Source: a virus
Lineage: Duplodnaviria > Caudoviricetes
Length of the DNA: 64,000 bases
Reading direction: 5' to 3' (one strand)
IMG/VR virus record: IMGVR_UViG_3300028412_000003
The stretch's first letter is position 1, and every line of letters begins with the position of its first letter. Positions 7,541 to 16,487 of this stretch are shown one piece after another. The translations under genes were made by a program, and so were the position numbers. The notes under the pieces are model-generated. The model saw nothing but the letters and a program-made list of their open reading frames with translations, searched no databases and was not told the DNA's origin.

Positions 7541-8514
7541 TTTCTCTTCCTTAATCTAATCTTTAATGGTGAATATTCAGCTGCACTGATTATGCTATGT
7601 AAAGTATATAGCCTTCCGTATCTTTCAGCTGCTGCTCCAACATCATTTATGTCAGAGTCCCATTCTGGTAAAGAAACCATCCAACCTTGATCAATTGCGG
7701 GTTCAATCATATAAGAACCTTTCTTATCTCTATCTGGTACAAATATGATATCTTTGCCTAAAGAATTGATTAACAGAGCTTGCTCATCTTTTAACTCAGA
7801 GCCAAGAAGAGCCATTCCATCTACATGTATAGCATCAATTGGACCTTCTACTAATATAGAGAAAACTCTTTTATAATCTTGTTGTTGATCAATTCCATAG
7901 ACATACCCAGGTTGTTGTTCAGAAATATATTTAAAGTTTTTCCCATCAAGAACGTCTCTAGCAGTCCATCCAACTATCTTTTTTTCATAAAAAAATGGAA
8001 TTATAAGTCGATTACGATACTGAAGATTAGGACTCCAATAAAAAGAAGTATCTTCAAGATATAAATTTCTTGAGCGCATGTATTCAACTAATTTGATTAT
8101 ATATTTGTTATCTTCACCTGACCATTCTTCTAATGGTTTTGCGTCGGGCGGAAGGTTTTTAATTTCAAACTTTGGAAGAACTGCTACTCTATTTTTGGTT
8201 ACTACTCCTTCTTTATCACGCAATAATTCAAATGCAATTTTCATTATTACGTCATCTGGTACACCTATCCATTCAAATAATTTTCTCATGCGGTGTTGAA
8301 GAAGTAATCCTTTACTCCAAGATGCTTTATATCCACAATTAAAACAATGATAGGAAACGGTGTCATCTTCCTGTCGGAGACCACCTCTTTTTTTATTATC
8401 TGCTGTTTCACCATTATGTATGCAACAAACTGCATTAAATGACATCCATCCAGACGGAGTATGTTTACGATTACTAGGAAGATATGCAATTAATGTATCG
8501 TATACTAAACTCAT
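7528..8514 (-). CDS. gp61: DNA primase (DnaG / gp61-like)
   Basis: Zn finger CCxH...CFNC; TOPRIM ILVEGPIDA and PDRD. Confidence 0.9.
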   Translation of the reverse strand: MSLVYDTLIAYLPSNRKHTPSGWMSFNAVCCIHNGETADNKKRGGLRQEDDTVSYHCFNCGYKASWSKGLLLQHRMRKLFEWIGVPDDVIMKIAFELLRDKEGVVTKNRVAVLPKFEIKNLPPDAKPLEEWSGEDNKYIIKLVEYMRSRNLYLEDTSFYWSPNLQYRNRLIIPFFYEKKIVGWTARDVLDGKNFKYISEQQPGYVYGIDQQQDYKRVFSILVEGPIDAIHVDGMALLGSELKDEQALLINSLGKDIIFVPDRDKKGSYMIEPAIDQGWMVSLPEWDSDINDVGAAAERYGRLYTLHSIISAAEYSPLKIRLRKRKWFF

Positions 8515-8519
8515 GTGTT

Positions 8520-8547
8520 AATATAACATAAGTTTAGAAAATGTCAA
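8520..8547 (-). promoter_or_regulatory. sigma70-type promoter TTGACA-16-TATATT, 5 nt before the primase ATG
   Basis: Read on the minus strand; no SD between -10 and ATG. Confidence 0.65.
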
Positions 8548-9327
8548 TTATATTCTTACGAGGATTTTCGTAATATTAGATGGATCTAATGTTGTTTTAA
8601 ACCGTACATAACTTACCATCCCGTTGAAATTAACATACGATGGTTCATTGTTATTTAATATACTTATGGTAGCTATATCAGCCCAATCAGTATTTGGAGT
8701 AAGGGCATTTTCAAGAGTACCTTGAACTATTATATCTCCAACAAAGTCTCCAGGATAGACTGCTGCCGTATGTAATGCTTCATTTCCATTAAGTGAAGGC
8801 ATAGCATCAACTGGATCACTTATCCATATACTAGAATTAAATCCTGTTTCTGCAAAATTATCAACAGACTGGCTTGTACTAGGACCAGGAAAGGCAGATG
8901 ATGAAAGATATATAATACCAGTTGCGTCAAACCATTCGTTTGCATAAGTCAATACTCGTGTACTTTCGGAATCAATTAGATAAACATTATAGCTAAGATA
9001 CTGTTGATCGAGATTAAGTAAACTATTTTCGGTTATTGTAACTTCAAATGTTCCTCTTGTAAACGAAGAACCATCGTCGAGTACTGTACCTGTTAGGTCC
9101 AATACCATATTTTGGTTTTCGTCAAATGCTACAAAACGAGGGACGTAGTTGATTATATTAACTGACTTCTGATCCGCGTTCTTTACCTGGAACTGAAGCT
9201 TATTGTCTATTCCTTTATAGACTTGTAGGTTTCTTTGATACACTGGTTTATACTCCACGGTGAAGCCTGTCTGATCTAGTACCACAGTAGTTCTATTGTT
9301 GACTAAATATCTTGGCGTTAGCTGCAT
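8548..9327 (-). CDS. Hypothetical protein, probably virion-associated (259 aa)
   Basis: Beta-rich, acidic; preceded by late-type GGTAAATA at 9333-9340. Confidence 0.6.
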   Translation of the reverse strand: MQLTPRYLVNNRTTVVLDQTGFTVEYKPVYQRNLQVYKGIDNKLQFQVKNADQKSVNIINYVPRFVAFDENQNMVLDLTGTVLDDGSSFTRGTFEVTITENSLLNLDQQYLSYNVYLIDSESTRVLTYANEWFDATGIIYLSSSAFPGPSTSQSVDNFAETGFNSSIWISDPVDAMPSLNGNEALHTAAVYPGDFVGDIIVQGTLENALTPNTDWADIATISILNNNEPSYVNFNGMVSYVRFKTTLDPSNITKILVRI

Positions 9328-9342
9328 GGATATATTTACCGT

Positions 9343-9711
9343 ATGTTATTAAAAGATATTAATGAGAACTTTCCCTTTATAAGCGTTGTCACTTATGGTG
9401 GCAATGAATATGTCGGCATCATTTCAAATCAAGATCAGTATGTTACTAATCTTTATAGTTATAACCTTATCAAAACATTAGATGAGAAAAAACTATTTTT
9501 AGATCTAGGTGACATATGGTGGTGGGAATCAAATAGAATGATTCCTATCAATATCTTTTTAAGAAATGAAATGGAAAAATTTGGATATTGTGTTCTGTCA
9601 ATGAATTCAAAAGATGTTAGAATAGTAACAGGACCAACTGTGAATTTAAGCAATCTTGCTGTAAAAAGAGTTAAACGAAAATCAGTTCAACTTGTCCGAA
9701 TACCTAAATAA
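9343..9711 (+). CDS. Conserved T4-like phage hypothetical protein (WWWESNRMIPINIFL)
   Basis: ORF track; motif recalled from T4-like phage hypotheticals. Confidence 0.7.
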   Translation: MLLKDINENFPFISVVTYGGNEYVGIISNQDQYVTNLYSYNLIKTLDEKKLFLDLGDIWWWESNRMIPINIFLRNEMEKFGYCVLSMNSKDVRIVTGPTVNLSNLAVKRVKRKSVQLVRIPK

Positions 9712-9719
9712 ATAAAATT

Positions 9720-10073
9720 ATGAGATATAGAGAAATTATAAAGTTAATAGAAGATTCTTCAATGGAAGACGGATCTAATAGGTCCGAGCAACTAATTGGA
9801 AATCCAAACGTATTAGCAGTTGATATTTCAAATTATGAATTATCTAAATTAGTACAAGAATATCCGAACAACGGAATATCATATGGCAAAGCCGGAACTA
9901 AGGCTTTAATTATGTTTTATACTGAAGAAGAAAAACAGAAATTTGAAAAGGATTTAAGATCAAAAGGTATATCTTTTGAAAATATAGTATCAGCTGGAGG
10001 AGCATCCGAATTAGCTGATACTAATACTAAAAGTCATGTTATTCAATATAAACCTACTAGAATATCTAAGTAG
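9720..10073 (+). CDS. Hypothetical protein with capsid-targeting-like N-terminus (MRYREIIKLIE)
   Basis: ORF track; AATAAATA 5 nt upstream. Confidence 0.65.
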   Translation: MRYREIIKLIEDSSMEDGSNRSEQLIGNPNVLAVDISNYELSKLVQEYPNNGISYGKAGTKALIMFYTEEEKQKFEKDLRSKGISFENIVSAGGASELADTNTKSHVIQYKPTRISK

Positions 10074-10974
10074 AACGATAATCCATTATAATGTCTGCCA
10101 TCTTTAATATCTTATCATGCCATGCAAGAACTTCTAACCATTCTTTAGGAATATTCGAATATCCATAAAATGCTCCTGCTATTTGCCCAGTTACGGCAGC
10201 AACTGTATCAGCATCGTCTCCTAAATTAGCTGCTAACAACACCGCATCTTTAAACGATTCAGTCTTTTCAACACACCAAAATGCTGCTTCTGCTGTATGT
10301 ACGACATATCCGGAAGAACTTATTTGTGCTCGGTATTTTTCAGCAACATCCCAGCGATCTTCAACTTTGGTTCCGCCTGTATCAATTATATCCCAAAGTA
10401 CTCCTCCTAGATATTCTGCCATGTCTACACAATCTGGAGATGCATGTGTAGTAATTGATTGAGCAACGGAATATTCTACTGCTTGTTTTCGAGTCTTAGC
10501 AATCATAGGAGCCGGTGCAAGTCTCATTATACCACCGTTACCAGAATCAAGTCCGTGTGTTGAACCACAAACTGGTTCAATTTGGCCGCCTTTATCAAAT
10601 TTATCAATTGCTGTTCGAGTAGTATTACCTATATCAAAACAGAGATTATTGTGAGAAAATGCACCTTTATTATACCAATCACTAAAGTTCTTAAGTATGT
10701 CAACTTGATTGATGCCTTTATAGCTAATAATAGAACGGGCTAAGGCAAGCGCCATACTTGTATCATCTGTCCATTCACCTGGTTGTAAATTAAATGCTCC
10801 GCCGCCTCTCATCCTAGTTACTGGATCGTACGTATCTCGTTCCTTAAATTCAACCGAAGTACCTAATGCATCGCCTATTGCTAATCCAATTAAGCATCCT
10901 CTACCTCTATCTTTTATACCTGTCATTGTGTTACTCTCTTTGTTAAATCTTTTTCGTTCTTTTCCTGAAAGCAA
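10066..10974 (-). CDS. ADP-ribosylglycohydrolase (DraG/ARH family)
   Basis: GLAIGDALG, GEWTDDT, GNGGIMR, GDDADTVAAVTGQIAGA. Confidence 0.93.
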   Translation of the reverse strand: MLSGKERKRFNKESNTMTGIKDRGRGCLIGLAIGDALGTSVEFKERDTYDPVTRMRGGGAFNLQPGEWTDDTSMALALARSIISYKGINQVDILKNFSDWYNKGAFSHNNLCFDIGNTTRTAIDKFDKGGQIEPVCGSTHGLDSGNGGIMRLAPAPMIAKTRKQAVEYSVAQSITTHASPDCVDMAEYLGGVLWDIIDTGGTKVEDRWDVAEKYRAQISSSGYVVHTAEAAFWCVEKTESFKDAVLLAANLGDDADTVAAVTGQIAGAFYGYSNIPKEWLEVLAWHDKILKMADIIMDYRST

Positions 10975-10977
10975 ATA

Positions 10978-11535
10978 TCAATTTTGCAATTCTTCACATA
11001 GTAGATTCATATGTACAATCACTGCCATAGCATAACTAAAAGCATGAGATTTTTTAAAGAAATATTGATTGTCTGTTGGCTTTTCCCACACTTGCTTTAG
11101 TATAACATCCCATGTACTGTTTGTCAAATGTTTCTTAGCAGGCCTTATTATAGCCAAGACTGCTGCTAACTGTTCAACAGAACGAGGGTTTAATTTCTTT
11201 AATAAATCGGTATATCCATTTATATGAAAAACTTGATCTACAAATTCTTGATGATGTAATAGATCCCAAACAGGTTCTTTCATTAGAGAAACAAGATGTT
11301 CTTCATCTTTTACTTGTTCATATATACTTACATTCAAACAATCAACTTTAAAATATCCTCGTGAGTCTGCAGTTTTATAATCAATCGTTGATACATTGGT
11401 AATAGGATTGTACGGAATTTCTGTAAAATAAACACCAGTGTTGTGTTTTTTACCATTCTCTAAACATGCAGATCGATGGCTTAATCTTGAAAGTAAGTCA
11501 TCTCGATCTGCAAAATCTATATCAATATCCGGCAT
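10978..11535 (-). CDS. Miniature DNA polymerase III alpha (DnaE)-like protein, 185 aa
   Basis: PDIDIDF, HNTGVY, GYFKVDCL, LAIIRP and YFFKKSHAFSYA match DnaE motifs in the correct order. Confidence 0.8.
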   Translation of the reverse strand: MPDIDIDFADRDDLLSRLSHRSACLENGKKHNTGVYFTEIPYNPITNVSTIDYKTADSRGYFKVDCLNVSIYEQVKDEEHLVSLMKEPVWDLLHHQEFVDQVFHINGYTDLLKKLNPRSVEQLAAVLAIIRPAKKHLTNSTWDVILKQVWEKPTDNQYFFKKSHAFSYAMAVIVHMNLLCEELQN

Positions 11536-11779
11536 TTATTTCTTTATATTCTTTTTCTAAACCAACAATTAAACTTAAAAGAAGTTGTTCTTTTGTAGTA
11601 TTCCTATAACTAGAATCAATTTTATCTGAACATCTAAATTTTACATTATGAAACTTTTTTCCATTAATTGAAAAAGAATATTCCCATTGAGTTATTCCAT
11701 CATCTCTTATAATCTTTTCTTCGTGTACTTCTATTTCAAAATCTAATTTTCTATTTAGGTCGTTTCTTAGTATCATCAT
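11522..11779 (-). CDS. Hypothetical protein (85 aa)
   Basis: ORF track; coupled to neighbours. Confidence 0.6.
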   Translation of the reverse strand: MMILRNDLNRKLDFEIEVHEEKIIRDDGITQWEYSFSINGKKFHNVKFRCSDKIDSSYRNTTKEQLLLSLIVGLEKEYKEINAGY

Positions 11780-12288
11780 GATATTTTCTTTCTTATTTTT
11801 TCAAGTTTTGTCTTAGCACGATCCCATTTCATTTTGCTAACTCTATCTTTAAAAACAATACCCTGTAAATGATCATACTCATGTAGAAACACACGGGCAG
11901 AATATCCTTCAATCTTTACAGTTTGCTTTTCGAGATTTTCATTATAGAATTCAACTAGTATTTCTTTTGGTCGTGGTACCTTAACAAAAATTCCAGGAAA
12001 ACTAAGACACCCTTCATACTCAAGTGTTGATTCGATAGTGTGTTGTAGAACCATTGGATTAATTGCCATAGTTAAATTTTTCTTATCGGATCCAAATACA
12101 AAGACTTGAGCATCAAGTCCTACTTGATTAGCTGAAAGTCCAATTCCACCGTTGTCAACCATAACAGCAGTCATTCTTTCTTTTAATTCTTTAACGTCAA
12201 ACCCCGGATTTTCAATATCAACCGTTGCTACTTGCTGATCGAGTATCTCTGCAGGATATTTGATTAAATGAAGATCATTTATATTCAT
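11776..12288 (-). CDS. def: Peptide deformylase
   Basis: GIGLSANQVG, EGCLS, HEYDHLQG. Confidence 0.96.
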   Translation of the reverse strand: MNINDLHLIKYPAEILDQQVATVDIENPGFDVKELKERMTAVMVDNGGIGLSANQVGLDAQVFVFGSDKKNLTMAINPMVLQHTIESTLEYEGCLSFPGIFVKVPRPKEILVEFYNENLEKQTVKIEGYSARVFLHEYDHLQGIVFKDRVSKMKWDRAKTKLEKIRKKIS

Positions 12289-13058
12289 AATTTTGCATCC
12301 TTTACTATTTCTTTTACTAACTGAACATTTTCTGGTTCTCTACCAAATCTAATTGTCCATTTCTTTGGATCAACAACGTTGTAGATCATATCGAGTTGTT
12401 CATCGTTTAATTTATTTAACATGTCTTTTCCGCTTTTACAATTTAACATTAACCACGGAGAAACTTTTCCATCTCTTATATCACGTACAATTCTGTTTGA
12501 AGATGCATATAAAAAATAATGTTGATAACTGCTATTATTCTCTTTTGCCCACTCTACCATAGTATTAATCGATCTTTCTAAGGCAACAGTACAATCTTCT
12601 TTAAGAATATAATTAAGAGCGTATTCTTCGTATAATTTATCACTACACCAATTATCTAACTTAACACCACTTGTTACTATATAATCAATATATTTTTCAG
12701 GATGCAATGGTTTTACATTTGAAAGATACGAACCAAATTTTACAAAAGCATTATAATAAGGAGAAGAAGAAAACTCTTCGTAAGTTTTTTCTGTTTTTGA
12801 TTGTCCTACACTTAATTTAAAAAATCTTTTGTAGGTAAAATAACCAAGCCTTACATGTTTTTCATCTTTTGCAAGTGCACGCCGTTTCTTTTCACACAAA
12901 TGCGCAAATAGTGTCTTTTCTTTTACAAATCCATTTCCACAATATTCACAGCGAAAAGGTTTGTCAGATTGGGATATCTTTTGTTTCGTAACCAAGGTCT
13001 TTAGCCAACTCTCTGATTTCTGTTTTTGTAGATATTCTAGCAAGGAGTTCAACCTCAT
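12285..13058 (-). CDS. Hypothetical protein with N-terminal C2HC zinc-finger-like motif
   Basis: CEYC...HLC; ORF track. Confidence 0.7.
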   Translation of the reverse strand: MRLNSLLEYLQKQKSESWLKTLVTKQKISQSDKPFRCEYCGNGFVKEKTLFAHLCEKKRRALAKDEKHVRLGYFTYKRFFKLSVGQSKTEKTYEEFSSSPYYNAFVKFGSYLSNVKPLHPEKYIDYIVTSGVKLDNWCSDKLYEEYALNYILKEDCTVALERSINTMVEWAKENNSSYQHYFLYASSNRIVRDIRDGKVSPWLMLNCKSGKDMLNKLNDEQLDMIYNVVDPKKWTIRFGREPENVQLVKEIVKDAKL

Positions 13059-13425
13059 CTTCTTTCATATTTGGATATAAATCTTTAAGGAATTTTTCAA
13101 CTTTACTATTGTTTCCTTCCTTCTTTTTAAATCCGATCCATTTGTGTTCCTGGATTTCTCCTAATCCAGACATACAAAGCAATTGCCACAGCAATTTACG
13201 ATTATGTTTGATTCCAATAGTATTCCAGTTTTTGTTATAGAATTCATTTGTCTTAAGAACTGCCAATGCAACATTATCTTTGCTAGTACCAACTACACTA
13301 CTGGTGTATCGATTTAACAACCAAAAATTAACTTCTTTTTTTTGATCATCATCTAACTCGTCCCATATTTCTATACCATTAGAATCAATGCAAGCAAGTA
13401 TATCTTTTAAAGGAAAATGTTTCAT
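12964..13425 (-). CDS. Probable clamp-loader small subunit (gp62-like)
   Basis: W(x)ELDDDQKK...FWLLNRYTS pattern, size and replication context. Confidence 0.5.
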   Translation of the reverse strand: MKHFPLKDILACIDSNGIEIWDELDDDQKKEVNFWLLNRYTSSVVGTSKDNVALAVLKTNEFYNKNWNTIGIKHNRKLLWQLLCMSGLGEIQEHKWIGFKKKEGNNSKVEKFLKDLYPNMKEDEVELLARISTKTEIRELAKDLGYETKDIPI

Positions 13426-14123
13426 ATTATTTTTAATTCTTGAACATAATTGTTAACATGAGTATGTTCAATAATATACCCATCGTTGTCATTTGGTTGA
13501 TATAATTGAACTGGTCCATCACAAGACGAGCTGCCATTATATATAACAACCATTTTATTTTTTGGACAATTCTTAGTTGGGTGCATTTTCATCATATCAA
13601 GATACTTGCCGTTGTCACGGATATCAGAATTTTTAAGCAATTTTTGATTATCAGGATGATAAATTAAAACATTACCAAAACCTCTACGAGAGAGTCTTGC
13701 AATATAGTTTCCCATTCTTACAATCTTTGGAGAAGGAATTTTTCGATTAAAAATTGAAAAATGTACATCTCTTGATGGCCATTTTCTATGTAGGAATTCG
13801 TATTCTACATCACCAAGGTTATCTAAATTAATCTTTTCTTCTGGTCCTACTTCCTTTTTTAAGATTTGAAGTTTTGTTGTTTGAGAAAATGGTAAATTAT
13901 TATCTCTTGTTACAATTTGTTGCAATTCATAAACCAGATGGTGATCATTAAATATAGGATCTTTTTTATTCCTTGCTAGATTAAAAAAGGTTGTGTTGGG
14001 TGTGCTTACCACCGACCCAACATTAGTTTTTGCTAATGTTGGGCGAGGTAGTAGTGTAGCACCTATACCGGTACTAATACTATATAAGAATTTTCTCCGA
14101 GACAAATCTTGTAATATTTTCAT
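13422..14123 (-). CDS. Hypothetical protein with Tat-like signal (SRRKFL) and a gp23-like IARLSRRGFGN segment
   Basis: Motifs read from the translation. Confidence 0.6.
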   Translation of the reverse strand: MKILQDLSRRKFLYSISTGIGATLLPRPTLAKTNVGSVVSTPNTTFFNLARNKKDPIFNDHHLVYELQQIVTRDNNLPFSQTTKLQILKKEVGPEEKINLDNLGDVEYEFLHRKWPSRDVHFSIFNRKIPSPKIVRMGNYIARLSRRGFGNVLIYHPDNQKLLKNSDIRDNGKYLDMMKMHPTKNCPKNKMVVIYNGSSSCDGPVQLYQPNDNDGYIIEHTHVNNYVQELKII

Positions 14124-14129
14124 ATTGTA

Positions 14130-14158
14130 ATTATACAGTCTTTGTCGTTATTTGTCAA
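14130..14158 (-). promoter_or_regulatory. Perfect consensus sigma70 promoter TTGACA-17-TATAAT, 6 nt before ATG 14123
   Basis: Read on the minus strand. Confidence 0.9.
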
Positions 14159-14159
14159 A

Positions 14160-14371
14160 CTATATTTCAAATTCTTGGAAAGCTATTTCTGAATTACCTT
14201 CACCGGCTCGTCTCATTATCCAAAATTCAAAGACTTCAGTAAAATATTTCTCTAAATTTTCTCTCATTGGATTTGTATTATTCTTCATTCCATCAATGAT
14301 TTCTTTTCCTTTGTTTGATGGTACATTTCCTACATTAACATAGAGTATACGATAAACAGTATTTTAGACAT
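14160..14371 (-). pseudogene. Probable frameshifted small gene with a portal-like motif (RILYVNVGNVP..K)
   Basis: ATG 14371 gives MSKILF...*; adding one A to the A4 run gives a 70-aa MSKNTVYRILYVNVGNVPSNKGKEII...EFEI*. Confidence 0.5.
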
Positions 14372-14609
14372 TTTTATTACTTTTAACCATATAATATATA
14401 GTTAACGCTTTCTCTAAATGTTGTCTTAATATGGGATTCTCTTCAGACAGTTCTATCATTTCTAACCAATCTGCCCAACTCGGCAAATCTTCATTTACAT
14501 TTAATCCTACTACCCATCTAGGAATTTCTGATTTATCTCTATATTTTGCATATATTTTTGTACCAACTTTTTCATAGATGATTGCTTCACCGGGTATTAA
14601 ATCACCCAT
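14364..14609 (-). CDS. Hypothetical protein (81 aa)
   Basis: ORF track; coupled. Confidence 0.65.
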   Translation of the reverse strand: MGDLIPGEAIIYEKVGTKIYAKYRDKSEIPRWVVGLNVNEDLPSWADWLEMIELSEENPILRQHLEKALTIYYMVKSNKNV

Positions 14610-15240
14610 CTTTGTGTAACTTTTTCTCAGCTATTAATTCGGTAGTAAGTATCTTGAGAAGTTCTTCTCTTACTAAATCATCTATGCTGCTAATTCCAAT
14701 TTCATTATTATTGTATTCGGGATACCAAGTACATTTGTAAATAAAATCATCTTCAACATCACGGAATTTTGTTATTCCTGTTTCAACTTCAATTAGTTCA
14801 ATTTCAAATGGCAAATTCTTTGATAATTCCTTTAACATATTCATTATTTTTTCATCCTTTTTAATCTGAGTTCCAATAGTTCTACGAACTATATCGTTGT
14901 GATTAAATTCAGCCCAATATAATTCAAATGCTACTCCGTCTTCAACACCTTCAAATTGATGTATCTTGCCTGGTTTTACTTGAGTAAAATCTCCCGGACC
15001 AAGAACAGTTTCATCAATTAATCCTTCTTGGTCGCTGTCTTGCCACACTCGTACAATCATCTTTCCTGACTCAACAAAGAATCCATTCCATTTATATTGA
15101 TGAGAATGTTCGGAGCATTTGTATCCTCCTTTAAATTCAATTCTGTGGAATTCTAAAACTCCGTTTGCATGGATAAGCTCTGTAGCCCCCCATATTTTAC
15201 CTGCTTTAATTGACATTATAAATATCTCCAATCTCGCCAT
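14602..15240 (-). CDS. Cupin-domain protein with unrelated C-terminal extension (likely start 15216)
   Basis: KIWG...CSEHSH...FFVESG...KIHQF cupin pattern; SD GGAGA upstream of MSIKAGK. Confidence 0.7.
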   Translation of the reverse strand: MARLEIFIMSIKAGKIWGATELIHANGVLEFHRIEFKGGYKCSEHSHQYKWNGFFVESGKMIVRVWQDSDQEGLIDETVLGPGDFTQVKPGKIHQFEGVEDGVAFELYWAEFNHNDIVRRTIGTQIKKDEKIMNMLKELSKNLPFEIELIEVETGITKFRDVEDDFIYKCTWYPEYNNNEIGISSIDDLVREELLKILTTELIAEKKLHKDG

Positions 15241-15500
15241 GCTATGTCTGGCATAGTAATTATATTGAGAGCGTCTTCATTTATAATTTCCTGAATACGT
15301 TCTCTTATTTCGATTTCTGACCTTATTCGTTTGTACCAACGTTCTTTGCTATTATAATCAGATATGTATCCTTCTTTTACAAGTTGATCAAACATCTGAA
15401 TTAAAGGTTTGTTAACTACTCTAGAGGCTGATACTATCATATTATTTCCTTCCTGCGTTAAGTCGAGGATAACTCCCTGTTGCTCTTTCAATATAATCAA
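15216..15500 (-). CDS. Hypothetical protein
   Basis: ORF track. Confidence 0.55.
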   Translation of the reverse strand: MIILKEQQGVILDLTQEGNNMIVSASRVVNKPLIQMFDQLVKEGYISDYNSKERWYKRIRSEIEIRERIQEIINEDALNIITMPDIAWRDWRYL

Positions 15501-15966
15501 GGTACAACAATTCTAAGTCTTTATGAATTGTTGAACTTATACCAAATTCAAGACCACAAATAATATGTTTTATCCTGATTGTGTTGCATCTCCTGGCCCA
15601 GATGCTAACTTTACCTTCTATACAATCTTCGTATAATTCAGTTCTTATACGTAGGTCTGTATCTTGGTCCCCTGAACTTCCATGGGAAGCAAGTCGACCT
15701 AATCGAGATTTTGTACCCGTTATTGGTTGATCACTATACGACTTTTCAATTCCAAGAGGGTTACCTGTTTCTCCAATTTTAACTATTGTTTCTCCAGAAA
15801 CAATCATGTAGACCCAACTACGATGACTAGCATACATCAGCTCGTTATTAATACTTTTATATATAAATCGTTTGCCATGTGACATAGCTACATCACACAC
15901 TTTTTCAAAACCATCTTTGATATAGGAGTTAATATTTAATTCTTCTTTTATTGCTGTAACCAGCAT
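15442..15966 (-). CDS. Hypothetical protein, possibly GIY-YIG-like nuclease
   Basis: WVYMIV...VKIGET pattern; weak. Confidence 0.4.
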   Translation of the reverse strand: MLVTAIKEELNINSYIKDGFEKVCDVAMSHGKRFIYKSINNELMYASHRSWVYMIVSGETIVKIGETGNPLGIEKSYSDQPITGTKSRLGRLASHGSSGDQDTDLRIRTELYEDCIEGKVSIWARRCNTIRIKHIICGLEFGISSTIHKDLELLYLDYIERATGSYPRLNAGRK

Positions 15967-15979
15967 ATGTTTTTAAACC

Positions 15980-16486
15980 TTATAGTAATTTAGCGTAGTC
16001 AATCAATTCACTCTGTCTACTAATTTCTTTTACTATGTAGATACATTGCGGATTGTTGCCTTCTTCAAGAGGTAAGGCTAATAATTGCCCATTCCTCATC
16101 TTTGGAAAATACCAAGTCACGTCGTTGTAGAAATTAACCACCTTGACGTGTTCAAATCTAGTCATACCGCTTGTTAGAGGATTAAACAAGAATGCTTCAA
16201 ATCCTCTTAAATTTAGACTGGTAATAGGTAATATTTCAATATCATTTCCTGTTTCTCTATCACCTAATGCGATGTGCCAATCTAAAGGTACCATAATTTC
16301 TTTATTTCCTACTTCAATAACTACTGCTGGAGAACTAAATGATTCCAGCAAAATAAGAGGAACAAAAAAGAAATCTGGATTTTTTGAGTCAGAGTTATCT
16401 AACACAGCAAATCTAATATCATCATCAATTTCATCTGGTAAATTTGTTAGATTGAATGTACTATTTTCAAGTGTTAAAATTCTCAT
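15980..16486 (-). CDS. Conserved hypothetical protein downstream of uvsW
   Basis: ORF track; tight coupling. Confidence 0.7.
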   Translation of the reverse strand: MRILTLENSTFNLTNLPDEIDDDIRFAVLDNSDSKNPDFFFVPLILLESFSSPAVVIEVGNKEIMVPLDWHIALGDRETGNDIEILPITSLNLRGFEAFLFNPLTSGMTRFEHVKVVNFYNDVTWYFPKMRNGQLLALPLEEGNNPQCIYIVKEISRQSELIDYAKLL

Positions 16487-16487
16487 A

